DNA of 64,000 bases from Tubulanus polymorphus (lineage: Eukaryota; Animalia; Nemertea). The stretch covers positions 9,486,001 through 9,550,000 of the forward strand of contig NC_134031.1 of assembly GCF_964204645.1 (NCBI RefSeq), in the 5' to 3' direction. The notes beneath the pieces are model-generated. The model did no database searches. It saw only the letters and a list, made by a program, of their open reading frames with translations, and was not told where the DNA came from. The translations under genes and the position numbers were made by a program. Shown here in pieces: positions 37,782 to 51,186 of the stretch (positions within the stretch are counted from its first letter, which is position 1; the number at the start of each line of letters is the position of its first letter).

Positions 37782-40700
37782 ATGGAAGCAAATAAGTACT
37801 ACTGCCCAACATGTAATATCAATTTAGATAAATCCCAAAAAGCAAGACACAATAAAACTAAAACACATTTAGAGGATAAATTGAAACTAGAATATGAAGA
37901 TGATATATTAGAAACTAAATTAGAAGAATTAAAGAATGAAAAAGAAACATTCAAATGTGATACATGTAATCAATCATTCAGTGATAAAAGATATTATAAT
38001 AAACATTTAAAATCTAAAAGCCATATTAGAAATAAGAATAATGATATTTTAGTTGAAGATTATTTTGATAATGATAATGATAAGAAACAGAAGACAATTA
38101 AAAGCATAAAAAATAAATTAAACAATAAAAGACCATACATGGAAGATGTAAGAAAATATATTAATTTATTGGATAATAAAAAAGATATAGAGAGGATAAT
38201 AAAGAAGATATTGAGATAACCGAAGCATTTAAAAGTGATATTGGCCCAGCAGCTATCGAGTTTAAATTTCATAAAGGAAAAACGTTAGAAGAAAATAAAA
38301 AACATTTAGAAAATATGGAAGAAATAATAAAAATAATAACTGATGTTGAATATCCCAAAATAAGTATTTCATCAAAACTTAAATTCATAAAATCTGAAGA
38401 TAAACCAATATATAATATAAATTATCATTCACAACATATTATATATAAACAACATATAGATGATAAATTAGATACATGTTATAATGAAGTAAAAACTAAA
38501 ATAGAAGAGAAATATTTTGAAGGATCTGGTTTAATATTTGATGAAATAATATTTATGACTTTACATGTGTATAACACAAAATATAATAAGTTAACTAAAT
38601 CAAAACCAATTGATGAAAATAATGTATCATATTATAAAGAACCAGATATTGAAGAATCGAGTTATATTAAACTACCATTTAAAACTAATGCTGTTATAAA
38701 TGTACAAAATGAAGATGATAAATGTTTTCTATGGGCTATAATAAGTTGTTTACACCCAGTTGAAGATTATAAACAACATAGTTTTAGATTAACTCATTAT
38801 AAACAATTTGAAAATAATAATAAGATAGATAAGTATCCTGTTATAATTAAAAACATCCCAAAAATAGATAGAGATAATAATATAATGATAAATGTATTTG
38901 ATTTAATCAAATTACCAAATACAAAAGGTAACAATATAAAACATTATACATTAGAACCTTTATATCTATCAAAAGATTATGATTCAAATGATCTTATAGA
39001 TATACTATATTATGAGAATCATTATATGTGGATTAAACAAATCGATTTATTTTTTAAATCAGAAAATGATCACCATAAAATATATCTTTGTAGAAAATGT
39101 TTACATAGATTCAGTAATGAAAGTACATTATTAAATCATAAACAATTATGTGAAAATCATGATTATTGTAAATTAGTTTTACCAAATGAAAAGGATAAAA
39201 TATTAGAATTCAAAAAATATGATAACAAAAATAAAGTACCATTTGTAATATATGGAGATTTTGAATCATTAAATAAAGAATTAACTGATCAAGATAGAAA
39301 AGAAATATATTATAAAAGAAAGAAATTAAATTCTAATGAAAATGCTTTTTCAGATGAACCACCAAAAACAAATACTATTAAAAAGATTCATGAATCAGCT
39401 GCTGCTTTCGGGTTATATATTAAATCTGATTATCCAGAACTAATTGAAAGTGAATATTACAATTACAGAAATGAAAATGTTATCAATCATTTTTGTGACT
39501 TAGAAAATGTGAATAGAAAATCATGGGCAATTAGTAGATTTATATTTAAAATCAGATGTATTATTATTAACTGATATATTCGAAAGGTTTAGAGATGTAA
39601 ACCTAAAATATTTTAACATTGATCCTTGTCATTGTTATTCATCGCCAGGATTAACATGGGATTGTGGATTAAAATTTACAAATATAAAAATGGATTTGTT
39701 AACAAATATAGATCAATTATAAAAAAAATATATTGAATATATTTGAAAAATCTATAAGAGGAGGAGTTTTAGGTGTATTAGGTGATAGATATTTCAATGT
39801 AAATGATAACCCCGGATATAAGTTATTATATATAGATGCAAATAATTTGTATGGTTGGGCAATGATGGAACCACAACCTTATGGAGTATTTGAATTAACT
39901 GAAGTTTTACAGAATGAAAATAATGATAAATTTGATTGGAAGAAAAGAATTCTAGATATTGCAGATGATTCAGATACTGGTTACTTCTTTGTTGTAGATT
40001 TAGAATATCCTGAACATATTAAATTTAAATCTAGAAATCTAGCATACTGTCCAGAACATAAAACTGTAACTCATGAAGAATTATCAAATTACCAAAAAAG
40101 AATTGAACCCGAAAATCATATTCATACAGAAAAGTTAATGGTAACTCAAGAAGATAAATATAATTATGTAGTACATTATAGAATGTTAAAGTTTTATCTA
40201 AAACAAGGAATGATCCTAAAAAAAGTACATAGTTATATTTCATTTAGTCAATCTAAGTGGTTAGAAAAATATATAGATTTTAACACCAAACAGAGAACTG
40301 AAGCTAAAACTGATTTCAAGAAAGATTTTTTCAAGTTAATGAATAATGCATTCTATGGTACGACTTGTGAAAATATTAGAAATAGAAATGATATTGAGTT
40401 AGTTAGTAATGGTAAAAGGATAAGGCATTTACAATCATATCCTAAGTTCATTGGTAACAGAATATTTGATGAAAATTTAGCTGCAGTTAAGATGAGAAGA
40501 ACATCAATGAAATTTAATAAACCAATCTATGTTGGCGCTTCAGTTTTAGAATTATCAAAATTACTAATGTATGAATTCTATTATAATGTATTACAACCAC
40601 TTTTTGGAGAAAAACATATAGAAATATTATATTTTGATACAGATTCTTACATATTAAAGATAAAAACTGATAACATAACTGATGATTTAAAAACATTAAA

Positions 40701-41169
40701 ACATCATTTTGATTTCAGTAACTATCCTAAAAATCATGAATTGTTTAGCAATGATAATAAAAAAGTTCCAGGGAAGTTTGAGGATGAATTAGGTGATGAA
40801 GAAATGATAGAGTTCATCGGTATCAGATCTAAAATGTATTCATATAAAACTAAAGAACATGAAGCTAAAAAGTTAAAAGGAATAACCAAAAGTGTAGTAG
40901 AAAAGAATATTCATTTCAAAGATTACATCAATTGTATATTCAATGAAGAAGTAAGAAAACATAAGATGAGATGTTTAAGATCTGAAGATCATGAAATGTT
41001 TATTGAAGAAATTGAAAAGATAAGTCTAAACCCATTTGATGATAAAAGATATATTTTAGATGATGGAATTCATACAGTTGCTTATGGTTGTAATTTAGAT
41101 GAATACTTAAAATTTAAAAGAGAAGAAACAAAACAGAACGAGATAATGAAAGGAATTCTAACGTGTTAA
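37782..41169 (+). pseudogene. polB: Protein-primed PolB, intein-free, with internal deletion and frameshifts
   Basis: Two C2H2 fingers, NEDDKCFLWAI, YGDFES, YIDANNLYGWAM, KLMNNAFYG, YFDTDS; HNH/ExoII region missing at ~39500. Confidence 0.92.
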
Positions 41170-41200
41170 TCAAATTTTAATAAAAATATATATATTATAA

Positions 41201-41554
41201 ATGGAGGGTAAACAAGCGCACAGTGAGAACAACAAATCATTTCTAGATAGAATAAAAGATACTTCAAATGTCAAATCAGTAGATTATAAATTTAAGAAGT
41301 TAAAAGAATCAATAATCCATAAGAAATATCTAATTACAAATATTGATATAGTTACTAACAAATATGGAGATAAATTAGTTATACACTTAGAATATGAAGG
41401 ATTAAAAGGAAATACACATAAATTCAGAACATATTTACCGGATAGATTTCATAGATTATCAAGTGAAGATTTAGAAGAATTATGTTCTGGTGATTTCTAT
41501 TTCGTATACAAAGGTAAGAATGAAAAAGGGCACCATGAAATAGATTTCGAATAA
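41201..41554 (+). CDS. 117-aa viral protein, possibly OB-fold/ssDNA-binding
   Basis: Intact; beta-rich pattern FKKL..KKYLITNIDIVTNKYGDKLVIHLE..TYLPDRF; fold call is inference. Confidence 0.6.
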   Translation: MEGKQAHSENNKSFLDRIKDTSNVKSVDYKFKKLKESIIHKKYLITNIDIVTNKYGDKLVIHLEYEGLKGNTHKFRTYLPDRFHRLSSEDLEELCSGDFYFVYKGKNEKGHHEIDFE

Positions 41555-41571
41555 GAAAATATGTAAAATAA

Positions 41572-42327
41572 ATGGTAGAATTAAAAGAATACAGAATATT
41601 TGTTGATTCTAGAAAACTTACAAATTATAAATCTCATAATTTACTAGTTCAATTAGATAGAGAATTCAAGAATTGTGTAGATTTAAAATTAGTAAATATA
41701 AGTTTATGTAATTCTTTTTATAATATATCGGATAAAACTATTGAAGATAATACTGTTTTAATTCATATTAGAAATGTAGATAAATGGTTTCATCTAATTT
41801 TAAAACCAGGATTATATAATTTAGAAACATTAGCTCAAGAAATTAATCGTAGAGCACGGTTGAAAATTAGAAGAGATGATAAATTTTTAATAAGATTTAT
41901 AAAAAGTGATAGCACAAATAAAATTGAAATAAAGGTATATGATGAAAGTCAACATGCATTTATGGTAAAAAAACCTATAGCTAAACTGTTAGGAATTGTA
42001 CCAGATACTGTTACAGGAAACGTAGATGGTAATTCAAATATAATACATTTTACACACTTTTATATTCATTGCAATTTAATCGATCCTACAAAAACTTTCG
42101 AAGCAACTAAAGAAACAATTTTGTAGTTCTAGTATACTAAATATTTTACCGCTAAAAATGTTAAACAATTTGGAACTCAAATAAATTATAATTTAACAGA
42201 ATGTGATTTTAAACCTTGCATTCCTAAATTTAATAATTTTCAATTGGAAATAAATCATAATGGATATTTAATTGATTTGAATAACTTTCCTGTGATATAT
42301 GAATTAGTTATAAGATTTAGAAAGTAA
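41572..42327 (+). pseudogene. Minor capsid protein (penton), frameshifted
   Basis: N- and C-terminal parts nearly identical to 29878-30636, middle divergent; frameshifts after ~42115. Confidence 0.8.
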
Positions 42328-42487
42328 TTTTTCACTATATAAATGAATATAACTGTTGGACCGAGTATATGTTTTGGGTTTGATTTTAAACATGAGAAAG
42401 AAATGAAATTTAACATTAATGATGTAATTATACATATTAAAAATATTGCATTTTCTAATGAAACAACATTTGAGTATGAAACAACAA

Positions 42488-42821
42488 GCATATTGATAAA
42501 AATGGATCATTAACAGAACAAAAAAGACATAACTTAGCATTAGAGAAATACAATAAAGCAGCGGAAGAATATAGAGAAAAGAGGCAAAACTATATGGATT
42601 ATATTAACAAGGATCAGAAGATTTCACATAGAGATTTTCAATCAGTTGATGATGCAATGAGTTTATATAATGCGGTAACAAATAAAGAAAAATTACATCT
42701 ATACAAACCTAAATTATCAGATTATTATACACCAAGTAATGAACAGAAGAAATATGAAATAATATGGATTTTAGGCGGAACTGTTATTGTTATATTTGTT
42801 GCTTATAAATTTACTAATTAG
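42488..42821 (+). pseudogene. 3' part of a small viral protein with C-terminal TM helix
   Basis: EQKRHNLALEKYNKAAEE..KPKLSDYYTPSNEQKKYEIIWILGGTVIVIFVAYKF; joined by deletion to the 42343 gene. Confidence 0.65.
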
Positions 42822-42840
42822 TAATTTTTTTTCTAAATAA

Positions 42841-44420
42841 ATGGAAGATAAAGTTGACAGTATTGTTAATATTCCTCATGATATAAATAAAACTAAATTA
42901 AAAATATATTTAGAAAAACAAATATTAGAATTTGAAAGTGACTTAAAGATAAACAAGAAAATTAACTTTAATAAATTATTTGACGCCTGCGAAAAAATGT
43001 AGAATTTCTGGGATAAGCTAATGTGGAATTGCAAATTTGAAATCGAAGTTATAAGAAATTTGGGGAATTATGAGATTTGGCGATTGGGTAGATGATACAG
43101 TCTTCGACTGGTCTAATTTAAAAAAAAATTGTCAACTTGTGACCGACTTCGATTCACTTTTGCCTCTAAGCTGGTCTGCAACTTCATTGCCTCCATGGTT
43201 GAAGAAAGAGCTCTTCTGATGTCTGCTTCATCATGACTTCGAGCATATCGTGTAGCCAGCCGGCCCGGTCCCGGGGCCCGGTTTGGCTGTCACTCGATAT
43301 CCTAGACTTGAGTCTGGGTTGAAGTAGACATTGTCATTTAAATAACTTATACATGTTATTCTGTATGAATTACCCGTGTGTCTTGTATTTTGTATTTTCT
43401 TAGTTTAAAATTTGTAACTTTATTGAATTTTGGAATTTAATCCCGGAATTTCAATGTAGTAGGGATCAATAAAGTATTGAATTGAATTGTCACCTTATAC
43501 ACATGCCATCAGGGGACGCAGAGCCGTATATGACAGCTATGCTATTATAAATTGCTAATCTCATGAAACCTGCATACCCCTAATATCGAACATATTTTCT
43601 AAAACATTTGAATATTGAAATTATATGTTTACACGTTTTTATATAGACTGCTTGTAGCCACCGATGAAATTCAAGCCGGCCCAACTCAGATCGTAGATAG
43701 CTTCGTCATTCCACTAGCATCCCCATGACAGGGTCTGAATTTTATATCAGACTTCCAAATCGTGTATACATCCGCCATTTAACCGAATAATCCGATTTAC
43801 TTATCATTTCTATTTATGCCTGCCGCTCCTGATATAATCATACATCCTTTACTATTACAATACGTCTTCTCATGATATTCAATGCAATATAACATTCCGA
43901 CGTTCAAATAGAGGTCATTATATAATCACAGGGAGCCATTCTACATCTTTATCAATAATATTTTGCCAAATAGCTTGTATGTGTACACATAAACCTGTGA
44001 CGTTTTGCACATCGATTTCCGGTTGTCGTTTGTAAAATGACGCTGAATGGTTAGCATTGTTTAGGTTTCATAATGGTAACGTTTTATAAGGCGTCAAAAA
44101 AGAAACAATATTTAAACAGTAAAATTATATATTATTTGATTATAAGTGGTTCGGTTACAATTAGTTCTGTAATAACATTTCTAGCAATATTCAGTCCATT
44201 AACACCTTTAGCTATATCAATTGGCGTGTAAGGATTAAGTTCAAGTGTTTTAACTGGTATAAGTTCAAAATTAAATATAAAAAGTAATAAAGAAAAAATT
44301 AAAACTAATATAAAAGAAATTAATAAATTAAAGAACACACTAGATTATATAATAAGTTTAAATGGTCATATAACAGTTGAAGAACAAGATAAATTATTAA
44401 AAGAATTAATAAATTATTAA
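42841..44420 (+). pseudogene. Probable two-TM viral gene split by a ~1.1-kb non-viral insertion
   Basis: TAAATG start at 42841 (MEDKVDSIV..); AT-rich hydrophobic remainder YYYLIISGSVTISSVITFLAIFSPLTPLAISIGV resumes at ~44090. Confidence 0.45.
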
Positions 44421-44436
44421 TTTTTTAATTATATAA

Positions 44437-45205
44437 ATGGCAGATAGTTTTCCAAAAGCTTTCCAATATAATAAATCAATTAAATATAATATTCCAGCAA
44501 TAGATTTTAATAAAGATATTACATATAGAAATGAAGTTTTAAATTCATTAATTGATTTATATATTTATGTCACTGAAAGTAATAATTTTCATGTAAAGAT
44601 GGAAAATATATTTCATGTGTATACAATTAATTTCAAAAATTTAAATGAGGCAAAACAATCGTTATTAAAATCTAATATGAAGTATTGGCAGAACCAATTA
44701 AATTTTGCGGTTTATTGCGCAACAACAGGATGTGGTATTAGTTGGAATGATCATTTAAACAAACCAAGTTTACCATTGATGTTATCACTTTTTAGATTTC
44801 ATACTTATTTTCAAATAAAATTAATATTAGATGAATTAGAATGTCCTTTACCAGGTTCAAAATATTTTAAAGAATTGAATAATAATATTAATTTTTCTAA
44901 GTTTTATGAAATATGTAATGAATTTAATATTAATTCAAATAAAGATTTTAGAGCAAAAATTGGAACAATGGGTGGATTAGGAATATTATATACTATAGAA
45001 TTTGGAAACATAATGACAAATTCAGATATAAGAATACTAAATTGGAATGAATTACCAAAATATTATAATGATATACAACAACAAAACAATAATGGTTGAG
45101 TTAATTTCATTTTAGAAAATAGTGAAGGTTTTACTAAAGCTGGAATACAAAGAATAAATCAATCTATTAGAACTTATTTGATATGTATTTTAGGTGCGCA
45201 AGTTG
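44437..45205 (+). pseudogene. Viral hypothetical protein (stop at 45097-45099, 3' end probably deleted)
   Basis: TAAATG start; WQNQLNFAVYCATTGCGIS..FRFHTYF; reading continues past TGA to RTYLICILGAQ. Confidence 0.6.
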
Positions 45206-46072
45206 TAACAAATAAGTTAAGATTAAGAGATTCAGAAGAAGAAATGAATAGTACTAGAATAAATCGAATACAACATCTATTAGAAAAAGGAATACTTGAT
45301 TTAACTGATGATGAATTAGAAGCATATCCTGAACAAACACGTAGAGAAATTAAAGGTATGCAAGAATCGGCTGATAAAATTGCGAATGAAAAAAGTATAA
45401 GAGATATTAAAATTAACAATTTAGAAAAAGAATTAACTGATAAAAATAAAGAAATAGAACAATTAAAGTCTGATCTTGATCGTCAAGTAATTGATGAAAT
45501 GGAATATAGACAAAAAGAATTACGTTTAGAAAAAGAAATTAATGATTTAAAAGATAACTTAGAAGTACAAAAAGGTGAAAGAGATATATTATTAAAAGAA
45601 TTTGGTAATAATTTTAAAAGATTAAAAGTTGTTGTTAAAGATTTGTTGATTAAACCAAATTCTGAAATATCATTGAAAGATAGAATAAAAATTATCATTT
45701 AAATTAGAAGGAATAACAATTCTTTCAATTCTAACAGCTGTAACTATGTTATTTACAACAATTGGTTTAGCAATATCAAATGCTTTAAAATCTACTCCTA
45801 CTCCAAATAAACCAGATAAGCCCCCAGATAATAATTCTATACAAGATAAAGTTAAAGATGGTTTAAAGAAATTAGCAAAATATTTATGGGAACTATCTAA
45901 AAAATCTGCTGCAGCATTACCAGGAATTATTGCATCAATTGTTGGTTTTATATTGAAATCTGCAGGAAACATTATTAACTTTGCTGCTGAACATATTATT
46001 TTATTTTTAATTACAGTTGTAAGTGCAATTATTTTTGGGCTAGTAAACATGATATCAAAAAATATCAAGTAA
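45206..46072 (+). pseudogene. Coiled-coil viral membrane protein (5'-truncated, frameshift ~45700)
   Basis: Heptad-rich region, then GITILSILTAVTMLF..ALPGIIASIVGFILK..IILFLITVVSAIIFGLV. Confidence 0.6.
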
Positions 46073-46111
46073 ACATGATCAAAAATAAAAATTAATTTTT
46101 TTGTTAAATAA

Positions 46112-47364
46112 ATGAGTGGGAGTTATATCAATCCTTGTAAGAATCATAGAATATCTAATGCTATTAAAGCAGAAAGATCACATCATATAATTACTCATAA
46201 CCCTTCTAATATTAATCCTGATGAAACTTTATATGTTAGAATTCCGAGATTAACACAAAATACTTTTTATGTTCAAAATAGTATTTATTTATCAGCCGAT
46301 GTAAAAGTAATCGGTAATAATAATAATTATGTTGTCGATAATGTTGGAAGGTATTTGATTAAAAAATTAACTATAAAGATTGGCCCAGAAACAGTTTTCT
46401 CATTAGATGATTATAATTTATTTATGCATTATAAAGATTTATGGTTAACTAAAGAAAATAGAAATAATATGATATTTCAAGGCATCCAATCAGAAAACCA
46501 AAATAAATTAAGATCAGGAGCTAATGACGCAATAGTAACTAATGCTGTAGATAAATTGATAAAAAAGATTTATGGAAGCAAATATAAAATTCCATTAGAC
46601 TTTGAATTGATAAATAATAATGCACCTTTATATAAATATGTAATTCAGGAATTCAAGACATTATATTCGAAATAACATTTGCTCCTGTAAATGAAATTGT
46701 ATTATCTAGCGTTGTTAAAGATATGAGTTATAAATTATCGAATATATGTTTAGAATATGATACAGTAACTGATGAAAATATTTCAAGTATAATTCAAACT
46801 AAATACAATCAAGGATTTTCATTATTATATGATTATATTGATAAATTTAAAACCGTAACTATTAATGCAAATGATGAAATAATTAATGAGAATATTAACT
46901 TCCCAAGAAGATCTATTAAAGGTATATTAATATTTTTTACCATTGCAACATATTCTAATGGTGCAATACAGGTTGATAAGTATTATAATCCCGATATTAC
47001 AAAAGTAGAAATAACTATCGAAGGAATAGCAAATAAAACATTTTGTCAAGGAATGAGAATGATAGATCAATGGCCAGAAATTAGAAAACATTTTATGAAT
47101 GAAAAAGTAAAATCATCTGAAAATTGTAATATTAATCAAATTGATTATTATACCGGTAATAAATATGCATTATGGTTAGATTTTAGAACAACAGAGGATA
47201 ATTCATTACATGGTTCATGAAAAAAATTACAAAACACTAAAGATGGAATACAATTATTCATGACAAAGAAAAAAGGAAGCCTAAATTTCAAAATGCACAT
47301 TTATATTATATCTGACGCGCAATTAAATATTGTAAATTCTCAATTGAATAGTGTTATGTATTAA
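46112..47364 (+). pseudogene. Major capsid protein (double jelly-roll), frameshift ~46650 and stop at 47218
   Basis: ~415 codons, beta-rich; ITHNPSNINPDETLYVRIPRL..NVGRYLIKKLTIKIG..YKIPLDFEL..NICLEYD..YYNPDITKVEITIEG..KYALWLDFRT..ISDAQLNI; resembles invertebrate PLV MCPs as recalled. Confidence 0.75.
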
Positions 47365-47754
47365 AATTTTAACTTTAAATATAGCTGCAAAGCAGATATA
47401 ACGGGTTGTCTGCACAGTCTTAGAATCCTGTTCAACGGTGGATTTCAACAAAGCATTTAATAAGGCTCAACATCAGCCATTACTAAACAGGCTATTAGGA
47501 AACAGTATCAATGATAGGTCGCCCAAATGGCTCAGCAGTTATCTCTGAACGGAAACTTGTAACCGAAATCAACGGAACGCCTCATCTTGGAATGAGACGG
47601 TCTAACTAGTGGAGTCACGCAAGGTAGTATCCTAAGTCGTCTTCTGTTTAATGTCCTGACAAATGACAGACACAGTAATCCAAAATATACCAGACCGAGT
47701 AGATTTCCAAAACGACCTTAACACACTGTTCGACAAAAAAACTTAATGTTCCAA

Positions 47755-49560
47755 CAAAACCACGGGTTACAAAACCAAAATTATGAATTGTCGCGGGTGA
47801 CAAAACCAAAATATTGAATTGTCACGGGCGACAAAACAAAAATAATGAATTGTCGCGTGCGATAAAACCAAAATAATGAATTGTCAAGGGCGACAAAAAC
47901 AAAATATTGAATTGTTGCGTGCGACAAAACCAAAATAATGAATTGTCGCGGGCGACAAAACCAAACTAGGGGTCCAGGGACACCATGCTCACTTGGGAAG
48001 TGGTTTCAAATGCTCAACAATCTAACAATTTCAATACATAACGCCCTGTAGTGACCATATACAAAAACCAATGACCTTGAAATAGCAATAGCCCGCTGGG
48101 ACTAAAGTCCCAAGTGGACTGAAAAATAATTGTCGCAGGCGACAAAACCAAAGTAATGAATTGTCGCGGGTGACAAAACCAAAATAATGAATTGTCACGG
48201 GCGATAAAACCAAACTAATGAATTGTCTCGGGCGACAAAAACAAAATATAGAATCGTCGCGGGCGACAAACTCAAATAATGAATTGTCGCGGGCAACGAA
48301 ACCAAAATAATGAATTGTCGCGGGCGATAAAACCAAAATAATGAATGGTCTCGTGCGACAAAACCAAAATAATGAATTGTCGCGGGCGATAAAAACAAAA
48401 TATTGAATTGTTGCGGGCGATAAAACCAAAATAATGAATTGTCGCGGGCGACAAAACCAAAATAATGAATTGTCGCGGGCGATAAAAACAAAATATTGAA
48501 TTGTTGCGGGCGATCAAACCAAACTAATGAATTGTTGCGGTCGATAAAACCAAAATAATGAATTGTCGCTGGCGATAAAACCAAAATAATGAATTGTCAC
48601 GGGCGATAAAACCAAACTAATGAATTGTCTCGGGCGACAAAAACAAAATATAGAATCGTCGCGGGCGACAAACTCAAATAATGAATTGTCGCGGGCAACG
48701 AAACCAAAATAATGAATTGTCGCGGGCGATAAAACCAAAATAATGAATGGTCTCGTGCGACAAAACCAAAATAATGAATTGTCGCGGGCGATAAAAACAA
48801 AATATTGAATTGTTGCGGGCGATAAAACCAGAATAATGAATTGTCGCGGGCGACAAAACCAAAATAATGAATTGTCGCGGGCGATAAAAACAAAATATTG
48901 AATTGTTGCGGGCGATCAAACCAAACTAATGAATTGTTGCGGTCGATAAAACCAAAATAATGAATTGTCGCTGGCGATAAAACCAAAATATTGAATTGTC
49001 GCAGGCGATAAAACCGCGACATAAAAAAAATTGTCGCAGGAGATAAAACCAAAATAATGAATTGTCGCGGGCGATAAAACCAAAATAATGAATTGTCGCG
49101 GGCGACAAAACCAAAATAATGTATTGTTGCGGGCGATAAAACCAAAATAATGAATTGTCGCTGGTGATAAAACCAAAATATTGAAGTGTCGCAGGCGATA
49201 AAACCGCGACAAAAAAAAATTGTCGCAGGCGATAAAACCAAAATAATAAATTGTCGCGTGCTACAAAACCAAAATAATGAACTGTCGCGGGCGATAAAAC
49301 CAAAATAATGAATTGTCCCGGGCGATAAAACCAAAATAATGAATTGTCCCGGGCGACAAAACCAAAATATTGAATTGTCGCGGGCGACAAAACCAAACTA
49401 ATGAATTGTTGCGGGCGATAAAACCAAAATAATGAATTGTCGCTGGCGATAAAACCAAAATATTGAATTGTCGCAGGCTATAAAACCGCGACAAAAAAAA
49501 AATTGTCGCGGGCGATAAAACCAAAATAATGAATTGTCGGGGGCGCCAAAACCAAAATTA
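47755..49560. repeat. 31-bp satellite array 1
   Basis: Unit aaaaccaaaataatgaattgtcgcgggcgat; 402-bp higher-order duplication; interrupted at ~47966-48121. Confidence 0.95.
47966..48121 (-). mobile_element. Short insertion in the satellite, Helentron/HINE-like
   Basis: Unique 155-bp sequence between A-tracts with subterminal hairpin gggactaaagtccc and ctag end. Confidence 0.4.
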
Positions 49561-49776
49561 TTGTTTTGTCGCCTTATTTTAGTTTTGTCGTCTTGTTATA
49601 ATGTCGCCCTCATTTGCATATACTTGTTTTTTTACGCATGGCCCTTATCAGCAACCATACTATAAAGCCTTAAGGTCGCGTAAAACTCGATGAACACTTC
49701 AAGCGACACAGCGAACGATCTCCTTTCCCCCACAGCGAACGCTTAATCTAGTAGAGGCTACTAGCCTATGTAGGCC

Positions 49777-51186
<1,410 letters not shown>

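Larger units (their letters stand above)
37740..47370 (+). mobile_element. Endogenous Polinton-like virus, copy B (second lineage)
   Basis: pPolB, penton, membrane proteins and major capsid protein; interrupted by non-viral DNA at ~42983-44090 and by internal deletions. Confidence 0.9.

Noticed and set aside
33314-47220. TGA-as-Trp alternative genetic code (TGA at likely Trp positions 33314-33316 and 45097-45099)
   Set aside because: TGG is used normally, TGA also falls at non-Trp positions (47218, and ~26856 in the fragment), and TAA stops and frameshifts are common; ordinary pseudogene decay
29071-47370. Contaminating free virus or bacterial prophage
   Set aside because: Genes are pseudogenised and interrupted or flanked by the same repeats found in surrounding DNA; the gene set is of eukaryotic PLV type
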